Assembly (NCBI GenBank): GCA_934796165.1
Contig: CAKVOU010000006.1
Span: forward strand, 4,119 to 68,118
DNA: 64,000 nt
Reading direction: 5' to 3'
Source of the DNA: an uncultured Eubacteriales bacterium
GTDB taxonomy: Bacteria; Bacillota; Clostridia; Oscillospirales; CAG-272
The notes below the pieces were generated by a model that saw only the letters and a program-made list of their open reading frames with translations, did not search any database and was not told where the DNA came from. The position numbers and the translations under genes are program-made. Each line of letters opens with the position of its first letter. The first letter of the stretch is position 1. Positions 43,095-52,209 of the stretch are shown here, piece by piece.

Positions 43095-44849
43095 TCAGTC
43101 AGCGGGGTTCAGTTCAATGAAGCAGCCCTCGCCGGGCTCCAGCGTAAGCAGGAAGCGGTCGGTCACGCCCTCGCCCTCCAGACCTTCGGTATCGCCCCAC
43201 AGGCGGTAGGACAACTCTTCCGTCAGGTAAAGCGTAGCGGTCGTCGGAGCGGCATTCTTCTTGTAATTGAGATTGACCACGTAAAGTCCGGTCTTACCCT
43301 CGGCGTTTTTGCCGCAGCCGACAAAAATCTCCTCTCCGTCCACGGAAGCAAGCTCCGCGTAGGTGTCGGTAAGCATCCCGTCCATTTCAAATTCCGTGAA
43401 GTACTTGCCGTAATTCTTATCCGCGGAATTCACAATGTACTTGTCGAAGTCGTAGCTCAGATAAGTACCTTTCATCTGGTGGATCCCGGTAAAGACGTTC
43501 TTTGCGTCATAGTAGATCGGGCGGAATTCGGTGCCGTCCGCAGAGATCATATACGACCACTCCGAGGTCTGCACAACGGTGAAACAGAGCAGGCTCTTCG
43601 CACCGGCGGCAAGAGACAGGTTGGACTCGCAACGGATCTGCGTGTAGGTCGGATCGGCGGAGCCGTCCACGGGACCGTTCGCGGTCTGGAGGAAGGTCCA
43701 CATCGGAACGTCGTACTTCAGCGCGTAATACTGGAAGAACGCGAGATTTGCCAGATAGTTCGGCAGGTTGCCGGACTTCTGATTGTGGTACGGGTACACG
43801 TCAAAGCAGAAGAAATCCGGCTTGACGGTCTCCCAGTACACATTCATCGCGTAATGCATCGCTTCTGCGGTCATGCCGTCCCCGAAAGCAAGCGAACCGT
43901 TGGCATCCGTTGCAGGCGAGCCATCCGGGTTCTCCTTGCCGAAGGACTTCCACTCCTGCGTGCCGTCTTCCCAGATGCCCTTCCAGACATATGCGGGATT
44001 GCCCCAGCCAAGCAGGTTTGCGCCCATGCACCATTTGGCGCCGGGGTACTCCGCACGGAGCTGTTCGGTGGTCTTTCCGAGATTGCCGAACCAGAACGGA
44101 TACGGCTCGTCGCGCAGGTACAGACCGACAAAATGCGGTTCCTTATCCAGTTCCCACATTTTGGCGACAACATCCTCGGGATTGTTGATCGCCGTCGGGG
44201 TCGTATCCACAAGCACATCCATGCCGGTGTTGTTCGCCGCATCGGCAACCGCCCACAGCCCGAGCGAGGTCTCAACGCCGTTCATCACCGCGGTGTTGAT
44301 ACCGGCATCCAGCATCTTCAGAAACTGTTCCTCAATAATAGAACTGTTACAGTCGGGAGTGCCGTATGCGGTGATCCGGAGCCGCTCGCCGACAATGCGG
44401 TCGGCAATGGCAATGAGGCGTTCTCTCTCGCTGTCCGCCACCTCGAGCTCCTCCCGGCACCGCGCGCAGGTCACAACGGTCTTCCCGTCCGACACGTGGC
44501 GGTTTCCGGCAAGCAGATGCCCGAGGGCGGGAAAATCCTTGCGCATTTCTTCCCCGCAGCCGGTGCAAACGGAGATCTCATATCCGCCCTCGGTACAGGA
44601 CGCGTCATGGGTTTCTTTTACTTCATAAGTATGTTCGTGAACCGATTCCGTGGCAGACTCGCTCGCGCTTTCGCTTGCAGTTTCGCTTGCGGACTCACTC
44701 GCGGACTCGCTTGCGGCTTCACTCGCGGATTCCGCCGGTCCCTTCGTGGTCGGTTCCGTTTTCGTTTCCTGTGGCTTGTTTCCGGCGCAGGACGCAAATA
44801 TCCCGAGCACGAGCAGACACACAAGCAGGATCGACACGATTTTCTTCAT
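43095..44849 (-). CDS. Lipoprotein paralog of 41213-43024 (divergent Cys/His module plus a TIM-barrel-like domain)
   Basis: Start at MKKIVSILLVCLLVLGIFASC with an ATGGAGGAA RBS. Motifs YLRDEP, FFCFDVYPY, IRCESNLSLAAGA and FVGCGKNAEGKTGLYVVN align with the paralog. Confidence 0.7.
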   Translation of the reverse strand: MKKIVSILLVCLLVLGIFASCAGNKPQETKTEPTTKGPAESASEAASESASESASETASESASESATESVHEHTYEVKETHDASCTEGGYEISVCTGCGEEMRKDFPALGHLLAGNRHVSDGKTVVTCARCREELEVADSERERLIAIADRIVGERLRITAYGTPDCNSSIIEEQFLKMLDAGINTAVMNGVETSLGLWAVADAANNTGMDVLVDTTPTAINNPEDVVAKMWELDKEPHFVGLYLRDEPYPFWFGNLGKTTEQLRAEYPGAKWCMGANLLGWGNPAYVWKGIWEDGTQEWKSFGKENPDGSPATDANGSLAFGDGMTAEAMHYAMNVYWETVKPDFFCFDVYPYHNQKSGNLPNYLANLAFFQYYALKYDVPMWTFLQTANGPVDGSADPTYTQIRCESNLSLAAGAKSLLCFTVVQTSEWSYMISADGTEFRPIYYDAKNVFTGIHQMKGTYLSYDFDKYIVNSADKNYGKYFTEFEMDGMLTDTYAELASVDGEEIFVGCGKNAEGKTGLYVVNLNYKKNAAPTTATLYLTEELSYRLWGDTEGLEGEGVTDRFLLTLEPGEGCFIELNPAD

Positions 44850-45061
44850 AAATTCCTCCATTCGTTCCCCGTTTGCATGGGGAAGTGTGACCATGTTATC
44901 ATATTACACAAAAAAATACAAGCAGAATCTGTAAACTTTTTCATTATCACAGAAAACCAGCCCGCAAGTCCTCTTTATCGGACACTGTTTCGGGTACACT
45001 GACAATGCGGACGGGGGCTGGCACCGTCCGCGCATCTCTGCAAAGAAAGGAAGCATGATAC

Positions 45062-45373
45062 ATGAGATCGACCGATTCCCGTACCGGCTGTTTACACAGT
45101 GAAACGCACGCGGAATTATCGGAAAACGGGCTTTTCGGCGTCAGCATGACGGGGGTCCGTCAGAATCCCGGAGCCGACCCGGAACGCGAGGAATGCTACC
45201 TCAACCTTGACCGAGCCGGGACACTCCGTCTGGCAAAGCTGCTTGGCGTAACGCCGGACGGTCTTGTCCGACGGCTCGCCGGGGCGCTGGACCGGGAAAA
45301 CGCACTGGTCCTCTTCCGCCGCTTCTGCGACACGCACGGGATTCCTTACGACTACGGGGATTTTTCCGACTGA
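45062..45373 (+). CDS. Hypothetical small protein (may start internally at MTGVRQ, 45146)
   Basis: ORF only. The C-terminal part (LRLAKLLGVTPDGLVRRLAG...FCDTHGIPYDYGDFSD) has a protein-like composition. No clear RBS. Confidence 0.3.
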   Translation: MRSTDSRTGCLHSETHAELSENGLFGVSMTGVRQNPGADPEREECYLNLDRAGTLRLAKLLGVTPDGLVRRLAGALDRENALVLFRRFCDTHGIPYDYGDFSD

Positions 45374-45582
45374 CCCGCTGACGGGGAGTGCCCGGTCACA
45401 TTGTCAATTCCGGAATTGTGTCCCTGCCCCGCCGGATCTGTTGACCGCATTACCGGATGCCGGGTTCACCCGTCAGCCGGGTGCAGGGTTGCCTCCGCCG
45501 GTCCGTTGATCGCTCGACCGGGCGCTGTGTCTGCCGGTCAGCCGGGTGCGGGAAGCGTTCCCCGTGCGGATGCCGCCGGCGG

Positions 45583-46527
45583 TTACGGCGTATCCGTTCC
45601 CAGTCCCATCTGATTCAACAGCTTTTTGTTGAATTCCTCCGCCGTGTTGTACCCCATCTTCTTCTGACGGTTGTTCATGGCGGCAATCTCCAGAATAATG
45701 GCAAGGTTTCTGCCGGGCTTGACCGGAATGGTGATTGCCGGGATGTCAAGCCCCAGAATATTCTCGGTCTGATCGTCAAGCCCCAGACGGTCGTACATCT
45801 TGCCGTCCTGCCATTGCTCCAGCTTGATGACCAGGTCAATGCGTTCGCTCTGCTTGACCGCGCCCATACCGAAGATGCGGCGGACATCGATGATACCGAT
45901 GCCGCGCAGCTCCACATAGTGGCGGATGATCTCCGGAGCGGCGCCGACCAGCGTTTTTGCGGAAACGCGCTTGATGTCCACCACGTCGTCGGCAATGAGA
46001 CGATGCCCTCTTTTGACCAGCTCGATCGCAGTCTCACTCTTACCGACGCCGCTGTCGCCGAGCAAAAGCATTCCCTCGCCGTAAACCTCGACCAGAACGC
46101 CGTGCTGGGTCACGCGGGGAGCCAGATGCGTATTGAGTGACGCAATGAGCGAGGACATGATGGGGCTGGTCTTTTCCTTTGTACGGAGCACGGGGACGTT
46201 TTCGTCCTTTGCCGCGTCGATCATCGCCTCATACACCTCAAGGTTGGAGGTGAACAGCACTGCCGCGGGGCGTCTGTGCATGAAGCGGCGGATGGCACGG
46301 GTACGATCCGCGTCGGTCAGGCTCTTGAGATACTTGTTCTCCGCGTTGCCGATCAGTTGCAGTCTCTGTTCCTCGAACGCACCGAAAAAGCCGGTCAGGG
46401 CAAGCCCCGGGCGGTTGACCTCCGGCGTGACGATCTTGATGCTCTCATAATCCTCCGGCAGATAGATCTTTTCAAAAGAAAATTCGTTGACGATCTCCGA
46501 GAGCGGAATGGTATACTTGATTTCCAT
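45583..46527 (-). CDS. hprK: HPr kinase/phosphorylase
   Basis: P-loop LLLGDSGVGKSETAIELV, IADDVV and LRGIGIIDV. Start at MEIKYTIPL with a GGAGGAA RBS. Confidence 0.9.
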   Translation of the reverse strand: MEIKYTIPLSEIVNEFSFEKIYLPEDYESIKIVTPEVNRPGLALTGFFGAFEEQRLQLIGNAENKYLKSLTDADRTRAIRRFMHRRPAAVLFTSNLEVYEAMIDAAKDENVPVLRTKEKTSPIMSSLIASLNTHLAPRVTQHGVLVEVYGEGMLLLGDSGVGKSETAIELVKRGHRLIADDVVDIKRVSAKTLVGAAPEIIRHYVELRGIGIIDVRRIFGMGAVKQSERIDLVIKLEQWQDGKMYDRLGLDDQTENILGLDIPAITIPVKPGRNLAIILEIAAMNNRQKKMGYNTAEEFNKKLLNQMGLGTDTP

Positions 46528-46712
46528 ACCTTCTGGTTCCTCCCCGCCCGGTTTGTCGGGCATCCCCGGCTTGCCGGGGATTCTTTTGTTCATTTTATCA
46601 TAATTTCCGCGTTTTGCAAAGAGCTTTTGAGAAAAAACGACTGCAATTCATACATCCTTCACAAAATTGCGGTATAATCAGGGCAAGAATACGCGGTCGG
46701 ACGGAGGAAGCC

Positions 46713-47909
46713 ATGGCAGAGAACGAAAAAATATCAAAGAAAAGCAAGAACACGCCGCAAAACAGCAAAACCGTCGGAAAGCCGGTGCGCAACACCCGCA
46801 AAAAGGTCCTCATCATTGCGGCAGTTGTACTCGCGGTGCTGCTTGTCGCCGTCGGTGTCACTCTGCTCGTCATGTACCTCACAGGCGACCGTCCCATTCC
46901 TCAGACCGATGAGGAAAAGCGGGTCGTCGGGACCTGCGGCGGTATGGAGATTCAGTATGAGGAGCTTCGCTTTGTCGCCATGACCTACCGCGATACCTAT
47001 GAAAAGGCGTACGGGAAAGAGGTCTGGAACGATCCGGACAAGTGCCGGGAATTCCGGGAAACGGTCCTTTCGGTGCTCCGCAACAATTACGCCATCTTTG
47101 CGGCGTGCGACGCATATCAGATCAACTACCAGGACTCCGCGCTTTCCGATGCGGTGCAGACGCAGATTGAAGAGGCGCGTAAGGAAGCGGGCAGCCGCAG
47201 CGCCTACAAAAAACAGCTTGAGAAATACTACCTGACCGACCATCTCTTCCGCTTCACCCTGCTTGCCGAGCAGGCGCAGAACGAGCTGTACTTCCAGCTC
47301 CGCGACTTCATCGGTAAGGTAACGGTCGGCAGCACGGAATACGACTTTTACGGCAACTACAATACCCCCGCCGATTACGCAAAATTCTACAACGATTACC
47401 TGACCGAAGAATCCTCCGGCAAGCGTGTCCCGTCGGAGAATCTGATTCCGGTGGATTACCTTTTCATTGAAAACGATGCAGGCGAGGACAAGGAGGTCAA
47501 CCGCGCCCTTGCCGCCACCTATCAGGAACAGCTGCTTGCCGCCGCTCCGGAAGAGCGCGAGGCACTGCTCGGAAGTATCCTCGGCTCGGACAAGAACTGC
47601 GCTTACACGGGAGTCGGACCCTATTTCATCGTCCGCGGCACCTACACAGACGCATTCTGGAACGGTGTCTCGGGACTCCGGAACGAGGGCGACGTCAGCC
47701 CCGTCATCGAAACTCCCGGCGGGTACTATGTCGCCGTGCGCGTTGCCCCTGACGAAGCCAAACTGCTTTCACAGGCGCAGACACTTCTGAAGGAATATCA
47801 GAGCGCAATCCTCGAGTCGTACATAGAGGAAATCAAAGCGGGACTGACCGTTGATCTGAACGACTACGGAAAGAGCCTGGATCTCCTCACACTCACGATG
47901 AACAAATGA
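46713..47909 (+). CDS. Membrane-anchored SurA/PrsA-like protein (degenerate parvulin-like C-terminus)
   Basis: ACGGAGGAAGCC RBS before ATG 46713. Basic N-terminal tail plus one TM helix. C-terminal SPVIETPGGYYVAVRV resembles the PpiC motif. Function is uncertain. Confidence 0.5.
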   Translation: MAENEKISKKSKNTPQNSKTVGKPVRNTRKKVLIIAAVVLAVLLVAVGVTLLVMYLTGDRPIPQTDEEKRVVGTCGGMEIQYEELRFVAMTYRDTYEKAYGKEVWNDPDKCREFRETVLSVLRNNYAIFAACDAYQINYQDSALSDAVQTQIEEARKEAGSRSAYKKQLEKYYLTDHLFRFTLLAEQAQNELYFQLRDFIGKVTVGSTEYDFYGNYNTPADYAKFYNDYLTEESSGKRVPSENLIPVDYLFIENDAGEDKEVNRALAATYQEQLLAAAPEEREALLGSILGSDKNCAYTGVGPYFIVRGTYTDAFWNGVSGLRNEGDVSPVIETPGGYYVAVRVAPDEAKLLSQAQTLLKEYQSAILESYIEEIKAGLTVDLNDYGKSLDLLTLTMNK

Positions 47910-48805
47910 TCGGATCAAGACAGAGAAGGCTCCGCCGCCGACGCGCCATGCGCATGGGGGGAGCCGGAAACAGGGAAAGATATCTGCCGTGGCTGATCCT
48001 CGGCGGCGTGGTACTTCTTGCCATAGCGCTCGCCATTCTTCTCGGGAACGTACTCGGAAAACAGGCGGAGGGGCTCCCTGCGGGGAGAGACGACGTTTCC
48101 GTGACCTACGGCAACATCCGCATTCCGGGCGTTTCGTGTGAAGCGTTTGCATTCGGGTATGCGGTGGATAATATGAAGGCAACCGGAACGACCGCCGTCT
48201 CGGTGGTTCTCCGGGGCGCGGACGATACACTCGGATACCGCTCGGAGACCGCGATCCATATGAAGCGGCAGGCGGACGGCGCGGTAAACGAAAACGCCGG
48301 AGCGGAGATCGCCTACCTCCACGAAAACGGGATGTATGTCTGCGGGTTCTTCCAGGTCCTCTCCGGGGGGCTTGACGGACAGGCAGGAACCGCCGAGGAA
48401 TACTACGAGCGTTCGCTTGCCGCAGAGATTGCAGGAGCGGGGATTGACGCCATCCTTTTCGACGGACTGCGGTTTGACGGGGAAAACGAGAGCGTATCAC
48501 TTGCGTATCTTTCCGCGCTTCGCGCGGATACAAAAGACACCGCCGTCGGGGTCGTGCTCCCCGCGGATTTCTTCAAAAGCGGCAACCGGGAGGCAACGCT
48601 CCGGCACTATCTCCGGTCTGCGGATTTCTTTGCGCTTGATCTGCGCGGAATCAGCGACACGGAGGAACTTTCCGATCTGCTCGGCAGTGCTTCCTACTGT
48701 CTCCGCGCCTTCCCCGTGCGCCTGCTCCTCCGCGCTTCCGACGAGGCAACGCGCACCCGGCTCCGGGAAAGCGGGTATACGGATTTTCAGATCCTCCCGG
48801 ATTGA
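47906..48805 (+). CDS. Hypothetical membrane-anchored protein
   Basis: The ATG overlaps the upstream stop (ATGA). Arg-rich N-terminus plus one TM helix (WLILGGVVLLAIALAILL). The extracytoplasmic ~240 aa belong to no family I recognise. Confidence 0.5.
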   Translation: MIGSRQRRLRRRRAMRMGGAGNRERYLPWLILGGVVLLAIALAILLGNVLGKQAEGLPAGRDDVSVTYGNIRIPGVSCEAFAFGYAVDNMKATGTTAVSVVLRGADDTLGYRSETAIHMKRQADGAVNENAGAEIAYLHENGMYVCGFFQVLSGGLDGQAGTAEEYYERSLAAEIAGAGIDAILFDGLRFDGENESVSLAYLSALRADTKDTAVGVVLPADFFKSGNREATLRHYLRSADFFALDLRGISDTEELSDLLGSASYCLRAFPVRLLLRASDEATRTRLRESGYTDFQILPD

Positions 48806-48814
48806 ACGCCCGAT

Positions 48815-48872
48815 TAAAAAAACAAAACCTCCCCCGGCAGACCTGACGGTCCGCCGGGGGATTTTCGTTTTG
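48815..48872. terminator. Bidirectional terminator between convergent genes
   Basis: TCCCCCGGC (48830-48838) pairs with GCCGGGGGA (48853-48861). The A-rich left flank and the TTTTCGTTTTG right flank supply the U-tracts. Confidence 0.7.
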
Positions 48873-48934
48873 CGTAACAGCATCCGATAGCCGGGTCTGC
48901 CGAAAAGAACGCGCCTTTCCCGGCTGTCCGCCAT

Positions 48935-49756
48935 TCACCCGCAGAAAAGCAACACCAGAAGGTATATCCACAGGTCGTCGCCCGGCTTCTGCGAGGTCAG
49001 ATACATCAGCCCAAGCAGGAGCAATTCCTCCGAGCCGAGCGCGTGGGGAAGCGAAAAGTGCTCCAGAAATCCCGGTGGCTTGGGGAGCGAGTGCGGCAGG
49101 GCTTCCCCGACGACAGGGTCGCAGGAGTTTCCGGCGTTACAGGAATCTCCGGAATTGCAGGAGCATCCGTCATCGCGGAAATCGCCGGGGGCACCGGGGT
49201 CACAGGAGTACCCGGATCCCCCGCAGTTTCCGGAATCACCGGGATCCCCGGAATTGCAGGAATCTCCGATCCGCCCGCTGCATCCGTTTCCGTGAAACCC
49301 GCAGATCTCCGTGCCGGAACCGCCATACCCGCGGGTTTCCTGAACCGGTCCAGCCCCTTCATAACCGCCATCCGCTTCTCCGAAGTCCCGGTTCCCCCCA
49401 TCGCCGGGCGCCGCCGTCGGGCGACTTCCGCCGCGCTCGCGCGCGACTTCCGCCGCCCGCCCCGCATCCCCCGGCTCCGTGCCGAAAACCGGGAAGTTTC
49501 CCGTCCCCCCGGCGGCTTCGCCGGAACGCACGTTCTGCTCCTCGGAAGTACCGCGCTCCGGAGCGGAACCCCACCCCGTACCGCCTGCCGGCTCCTCCGG
49601 AGCGTCCCCCGCAGGCGTCACCTGCTCCTCAAGGGGAGAAAAAGTCGTCTTCCCGCCGTTTTTGTGAAATACATTTCCGCTGTAATTCTCCGGTATCGCT
49701 ACGTCATCCGACGGATACGGTACCCGCCGCCGGTTATCCGGTGTCCGGTAATACAT
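48935..49756 (-). CDS. Low-complexity Gly/Asp/Ser/Cys-rich protein with a hydrophobic C-terminal tail
   Basis: GGAGGAAAA RBS directly upstream. N-terminus MYYRTPDNRRRVPYPSDDVAIPENYSGNVF, CNSGD-type repeats, and C-terminus EELLLLGLMYL...IYLLVLLFCG. Confidence 0.5.
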   Translation of the reverse strand: MYYRTPDNRRRVPYPSDDVAIPENYSGNVFHKNGGKTTFSPLEEQVTPAGDAPEEPAGGTGWGSAPERGTSEEQNVRSGEAAGGTGNFPVFGTEPGDAGRAAEVARERGGSRPTAAPGDGGNRDFGEADGGYEGAGPVQETRGYGGSGTEICGFHGNGCSGRIGDSCNSGDPGDSGNCGGSGYSCDPGAPGDFRDDGCSCNSGDSCNAGNSCDPVVGEALPHSLPKPPGFLEHFSLPHALGSEELLLLGLMYLTSQKPGDDLWIYLLVLLFCG

Positions 49757-50452
49757 TCATTTTCCTCCGTTTCCGGGCAGAAACCCTTCCAGAAGTTCGC
49801 CGATCTTGCCGAAGCGCACCATGCTGTCTACCGCCGCGGCGCGGCGGGGGGACAGGTAGGGCTTGAGCGCAACGAGAAGCGTCAGCCGCTTGTCACAGGG
49901 AAACCGGATCTGCCGTTTTCCGCCGGCACCCGTCGCCGGAAATGCCCCGGCAGCAACACCCGTACCGTCGTTTTCGCCGTCCCCGCCGACCTGTCCCCTT
50001 ACGTCGGATCCGCCGGAGCTGATTTCCCCATCGGCACCCGCGCCGGAGAAAAATGTTTCCCCGCCGCCGGTGTGTGCCGCATTTCCTTCCGCCACGACCG
50101 AATCAATGATCTCCGACAGCCGGTCGCCGGACGACTGCCGGTCATCGGACAAACGACCGCCATGAACCGACGTTTCCCCCGAGAAGGATTGCCCCGCTCC
50201 GGGTGACTGCCGATTATCGGGAAACTGCCCCTCCCCGAAGCCGGGTGCGCCAGCCCCCGAAACACCTGTCATGCCGGCAGTGCTCCAACCGTTCCCGTCC
50301 GCCGGCTGCCTTCCGGTGCCGGAAGCGCCGTTCCCGCTGTTTCTCCCGCTCATGTTCATTCCGCCGAGGAGCGACGCAAAGCCCCGGAGCATTTCCGGGT
50401 GCTGCATCAGCATGGACAGCGTATCCGTGAGGCGGGAATCTCCCTGTTCCAT
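49757..50452 (-). CDS. Low-complexity Gly/Ser/Asp-rich protein with an ordered C-terminus
   Basis: GGAGGGGGG RBS. 1-nt overlap (TGATG) with the upstream ORF. C-terminus LTLLVALKPYLSPRRAAAVDSMVRFGKIGELLEGF. Confidence 0.5.
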   Translation of the reverse strand: MEQGDSRLTDTLSMLMQHPEMLRGFASLLGGMNMSGRNSGNGASGTGRQPADGNGWSTAGMTGVSGAGAPGFGEGQFPDNRQSPGAGQSFSGETSVHGGRLSDDRQSSGDRLSEIIDSVVAEGNAAHTGGGETFFSGAGADGEISSGGSDVRGQVGGDGENDGTGVAAGAFPATGAGGKRQIRFPCDKRLTLLVALKPYLSPRRAAAVDSMVRFGKIGELLEGFLPGNGGK

Positions 50453-50772
50453 CAGTTCCCCCCTCCGTTTACCGGATCCGCGCCGGATTTCCGCGAATCA
50501 GACGGCATCCCGGCAGTGCCGTTCCGCCCCTTGGCGGCTGACCGTCCGGGGTACCCGGGTTGCCCGAACTGTCCGAACTGCTGTTTCAAGCGTTCCAGAT
50601 CCCCGTCGTCCGCGCCGTGGAGTGCCGCCCGCAGGCGGGCAAGATCTCCTTTTCCGATATTCATGGCGCCGAGATTGATCCCCGATTCCGCCGCCAGTTT
50701 TTGTATCACCTGTAAAAGCTGATCGTCTGACAGGGTAAGCAACCGTTCCAGTGCCCGTTTGTCAAGCTTCAT
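50452..50772 (-). CDS. Small helical protein with a Gly/Pro-rich tail (first gene of the low-complexity trio)
   Basis: GGAGGGAG RBS. MKLDKRALERLLTLSDDQLLQVIQKLAAESGINLG... has a helical, protein-like composition. Confidence 0.55.
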   Translation of the reverse strand: MKLDKRALERLLTLSDDQLLQVIQKLAAESGINLGAMNIGKGDLARLRAALHGADDGDLERLKQQFGQFGQPGYPGRSAAKGRNGTAGMPSDSRKSGADPVNGGGN

Positions 50773-50896
50773 GTACTCCCTCCTCTGCTTACGGAAAAGG
50801 ACGGACGGTGCGTCCGTTTTCCCCGTTCCGGTTCTTACGCCAGTATATGAGCCACTGTGAGGGGCGGTTCGGGCAAAGATTTACGCCGTGATTTCC

Positions 50897-50925
50897 TTGC
50901 ATTCCGGGACAGATCGTGATATACT
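50897..50925 (+). promoter_or_regulatory. Sigma-A-type promoter of the yfcE-like gene
   Basis: TTGCAT (50897-50902), 17 nt spacer, TATACT (50920-50925). Confidence 0.6.
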
Positions 50926-50960
50926 GTTAATGCTTTGATATTTCAGGGAAGGAGGTCACC

Positions 50961-51464
50961 ATGGAGTATCTGATTTTTTCCGATTCCCACCGTTCCCCCG
51001 AAAAGATCCGCGAGGTACTGTCCCGTCAGATCTCCCGCCCATGCGGAGTATTTTTCCTCGGCGACGGGATCTCCGATGCGGAAGCGGCAGTCGGAAACAT
51101 TCCGCTTTACGAAGTTTCCGGAAACTGCGACGGATTTCTCTCGCCGGGTAACACCAGCCCGACAGAGCGGCTCGTCACGGTGGAAGGGATACGCGTTCTG
51201 CTCCTGCACGGTCATCTGTACGGAGTCAAATCCGGTCCCGGCGCGGCAATTGCCCATGCCGTGAGGGAGGGAGCGGATGTACTTCTGTTCGGACATACGC
51301 ACGAGGCGTTTTGCGAAACGATTGACGCAGGTGAAACGGTCGGCGGAATTACGCTCTCCCGCCCGCTCTGGGTGCTCAATCCCGGCAGCATCGGATACGG
51401 GGACAGCTTCGCTTTTCTGAACATCCGGGACGGTGTACCGCACCTCAGCCTCGGCTCGCTCTGA
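50961..51464 (+). CDS. YfcE/MJ0936-family metallophosphoesterase
   Basis: Motifs IFSDSHR, FLGDG, LLHGH and LLFGHTHE. 167 aa. Confidence 0.85.
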   Translation: MEYLIFSDSHRSPEKIREVLSRQISRPCGVFFLGDGISDAEAAVGNIPLYEVSGNCDGFLSPGNTSPTERLVTVEGIRVLLLHGHLYGVKSGPGAAIAHAVREGADVLLFGHTHEAFCETIDAGETVGGITLSRPLWVLNPGSIGYGDSFAFLNIRDGVPHLSLGSL

Positions 51465-51474
51465 TTGACGGGGA

Positions 51475-51520
51475 CAAAAAAAGTTGCCGCACAGCCGTGC
51501 GGCAACTCTCTCCCTTTTTC
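51475..51520. terminator. Hairpin terminator between yfcE-like (plus) and spoVG (minus)
   Basis: AAAAAAAGTTGCCGCAC-AGCC-GTGCGGCAACT. The T-run follows the stem directly on the minus strand and is displaced on the plus strand. Confidence 0.6.
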
Positions 51521-51654
51521 CGGCACCGGATACCCGATGCCTCACTGTTTATTTCCGGTGTACTTCCCCCCACCGGTCATTCCTTCCCTGCAAAGACCAA
51601 AAATCTCCCAAACCCGCTTCGGGTTCCCGGGATTTTCCGTCCGGTCAGAGAATG

Positions 51655-52005
51655 TCAGACGGTCGTTGTATCCGGAACAGCCGTTTCGGTCTCAACGGTC
51701 ATGCCGTCCGTTTCCTCAGCCCCTGCAGTCGCCTCGGCGACCTTCGCCGCTTCCACGGCACGGTCATACGCCTCGATCACCGCGGTTTCAAGGACCGAAC
51801 GGAACTGCGCATTGATGGGGTGCACGATGTCGCGGTAGGTGTCGTCCTGATTCTTGCGGCTCGGCATCACGATAAAGTATTTTTCACGAGCGTGAATGAC
51901 CTTGATGTCGTGTACTGCCAGCTGGTTGTCAAACGTAACCGATACGATGGCTCTCATCGGGCCCTCATCGAATAATTTTCTCACCTTTACGTCTGTAATC
52001 TGCAT
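51655..52005 (-). CDS. spoVG: Septation/sporulation regulator SpoVG
   Basis: MQITDVKVRKL...MRAIVSVTFDNQLAVHDIKVI...FIVMPSRK. AGGAGGAAG RBS. Confidence 0.9.
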   Translation of the reverse strand: MQITDVKVRKLFDEGPMRAIVSVTFDNQLAVHDIKVIHAREKYFIVMPSRKNQDDTYRDIVHPINAQFRSVLETAVIEAYDRAVEAAKVAEATAGAEETDGMTVETETAVPDTTTV

Positions 52006-52209
52006 TTTTCTTCCTCCTTCATGTGTCAGATGCCGTAGCATTCCAAGTAGTTACTTCTTTGTTTACAGTATAAAGTTGTATTGTGATAATTATTCAACGG
52101 CAAAGAGGATTTTTTGTGAAGATTCCTGCCGGGAGGTTACACGAATCGCCATTGCTGTAACATTTTTGAAATTTTATCAAAGCCGCCGATGTGCGGCGTG
52201 GAGAGGATT

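Noticed and set aside
45405-45418. Perfect 14-bp palindrome CAATTCCGGAATTG between convergent gene ends
   Set aside because: It is a single short palindrome in a non-promoter position with no second copy seen in the window. That is insufficient to call a binding site.
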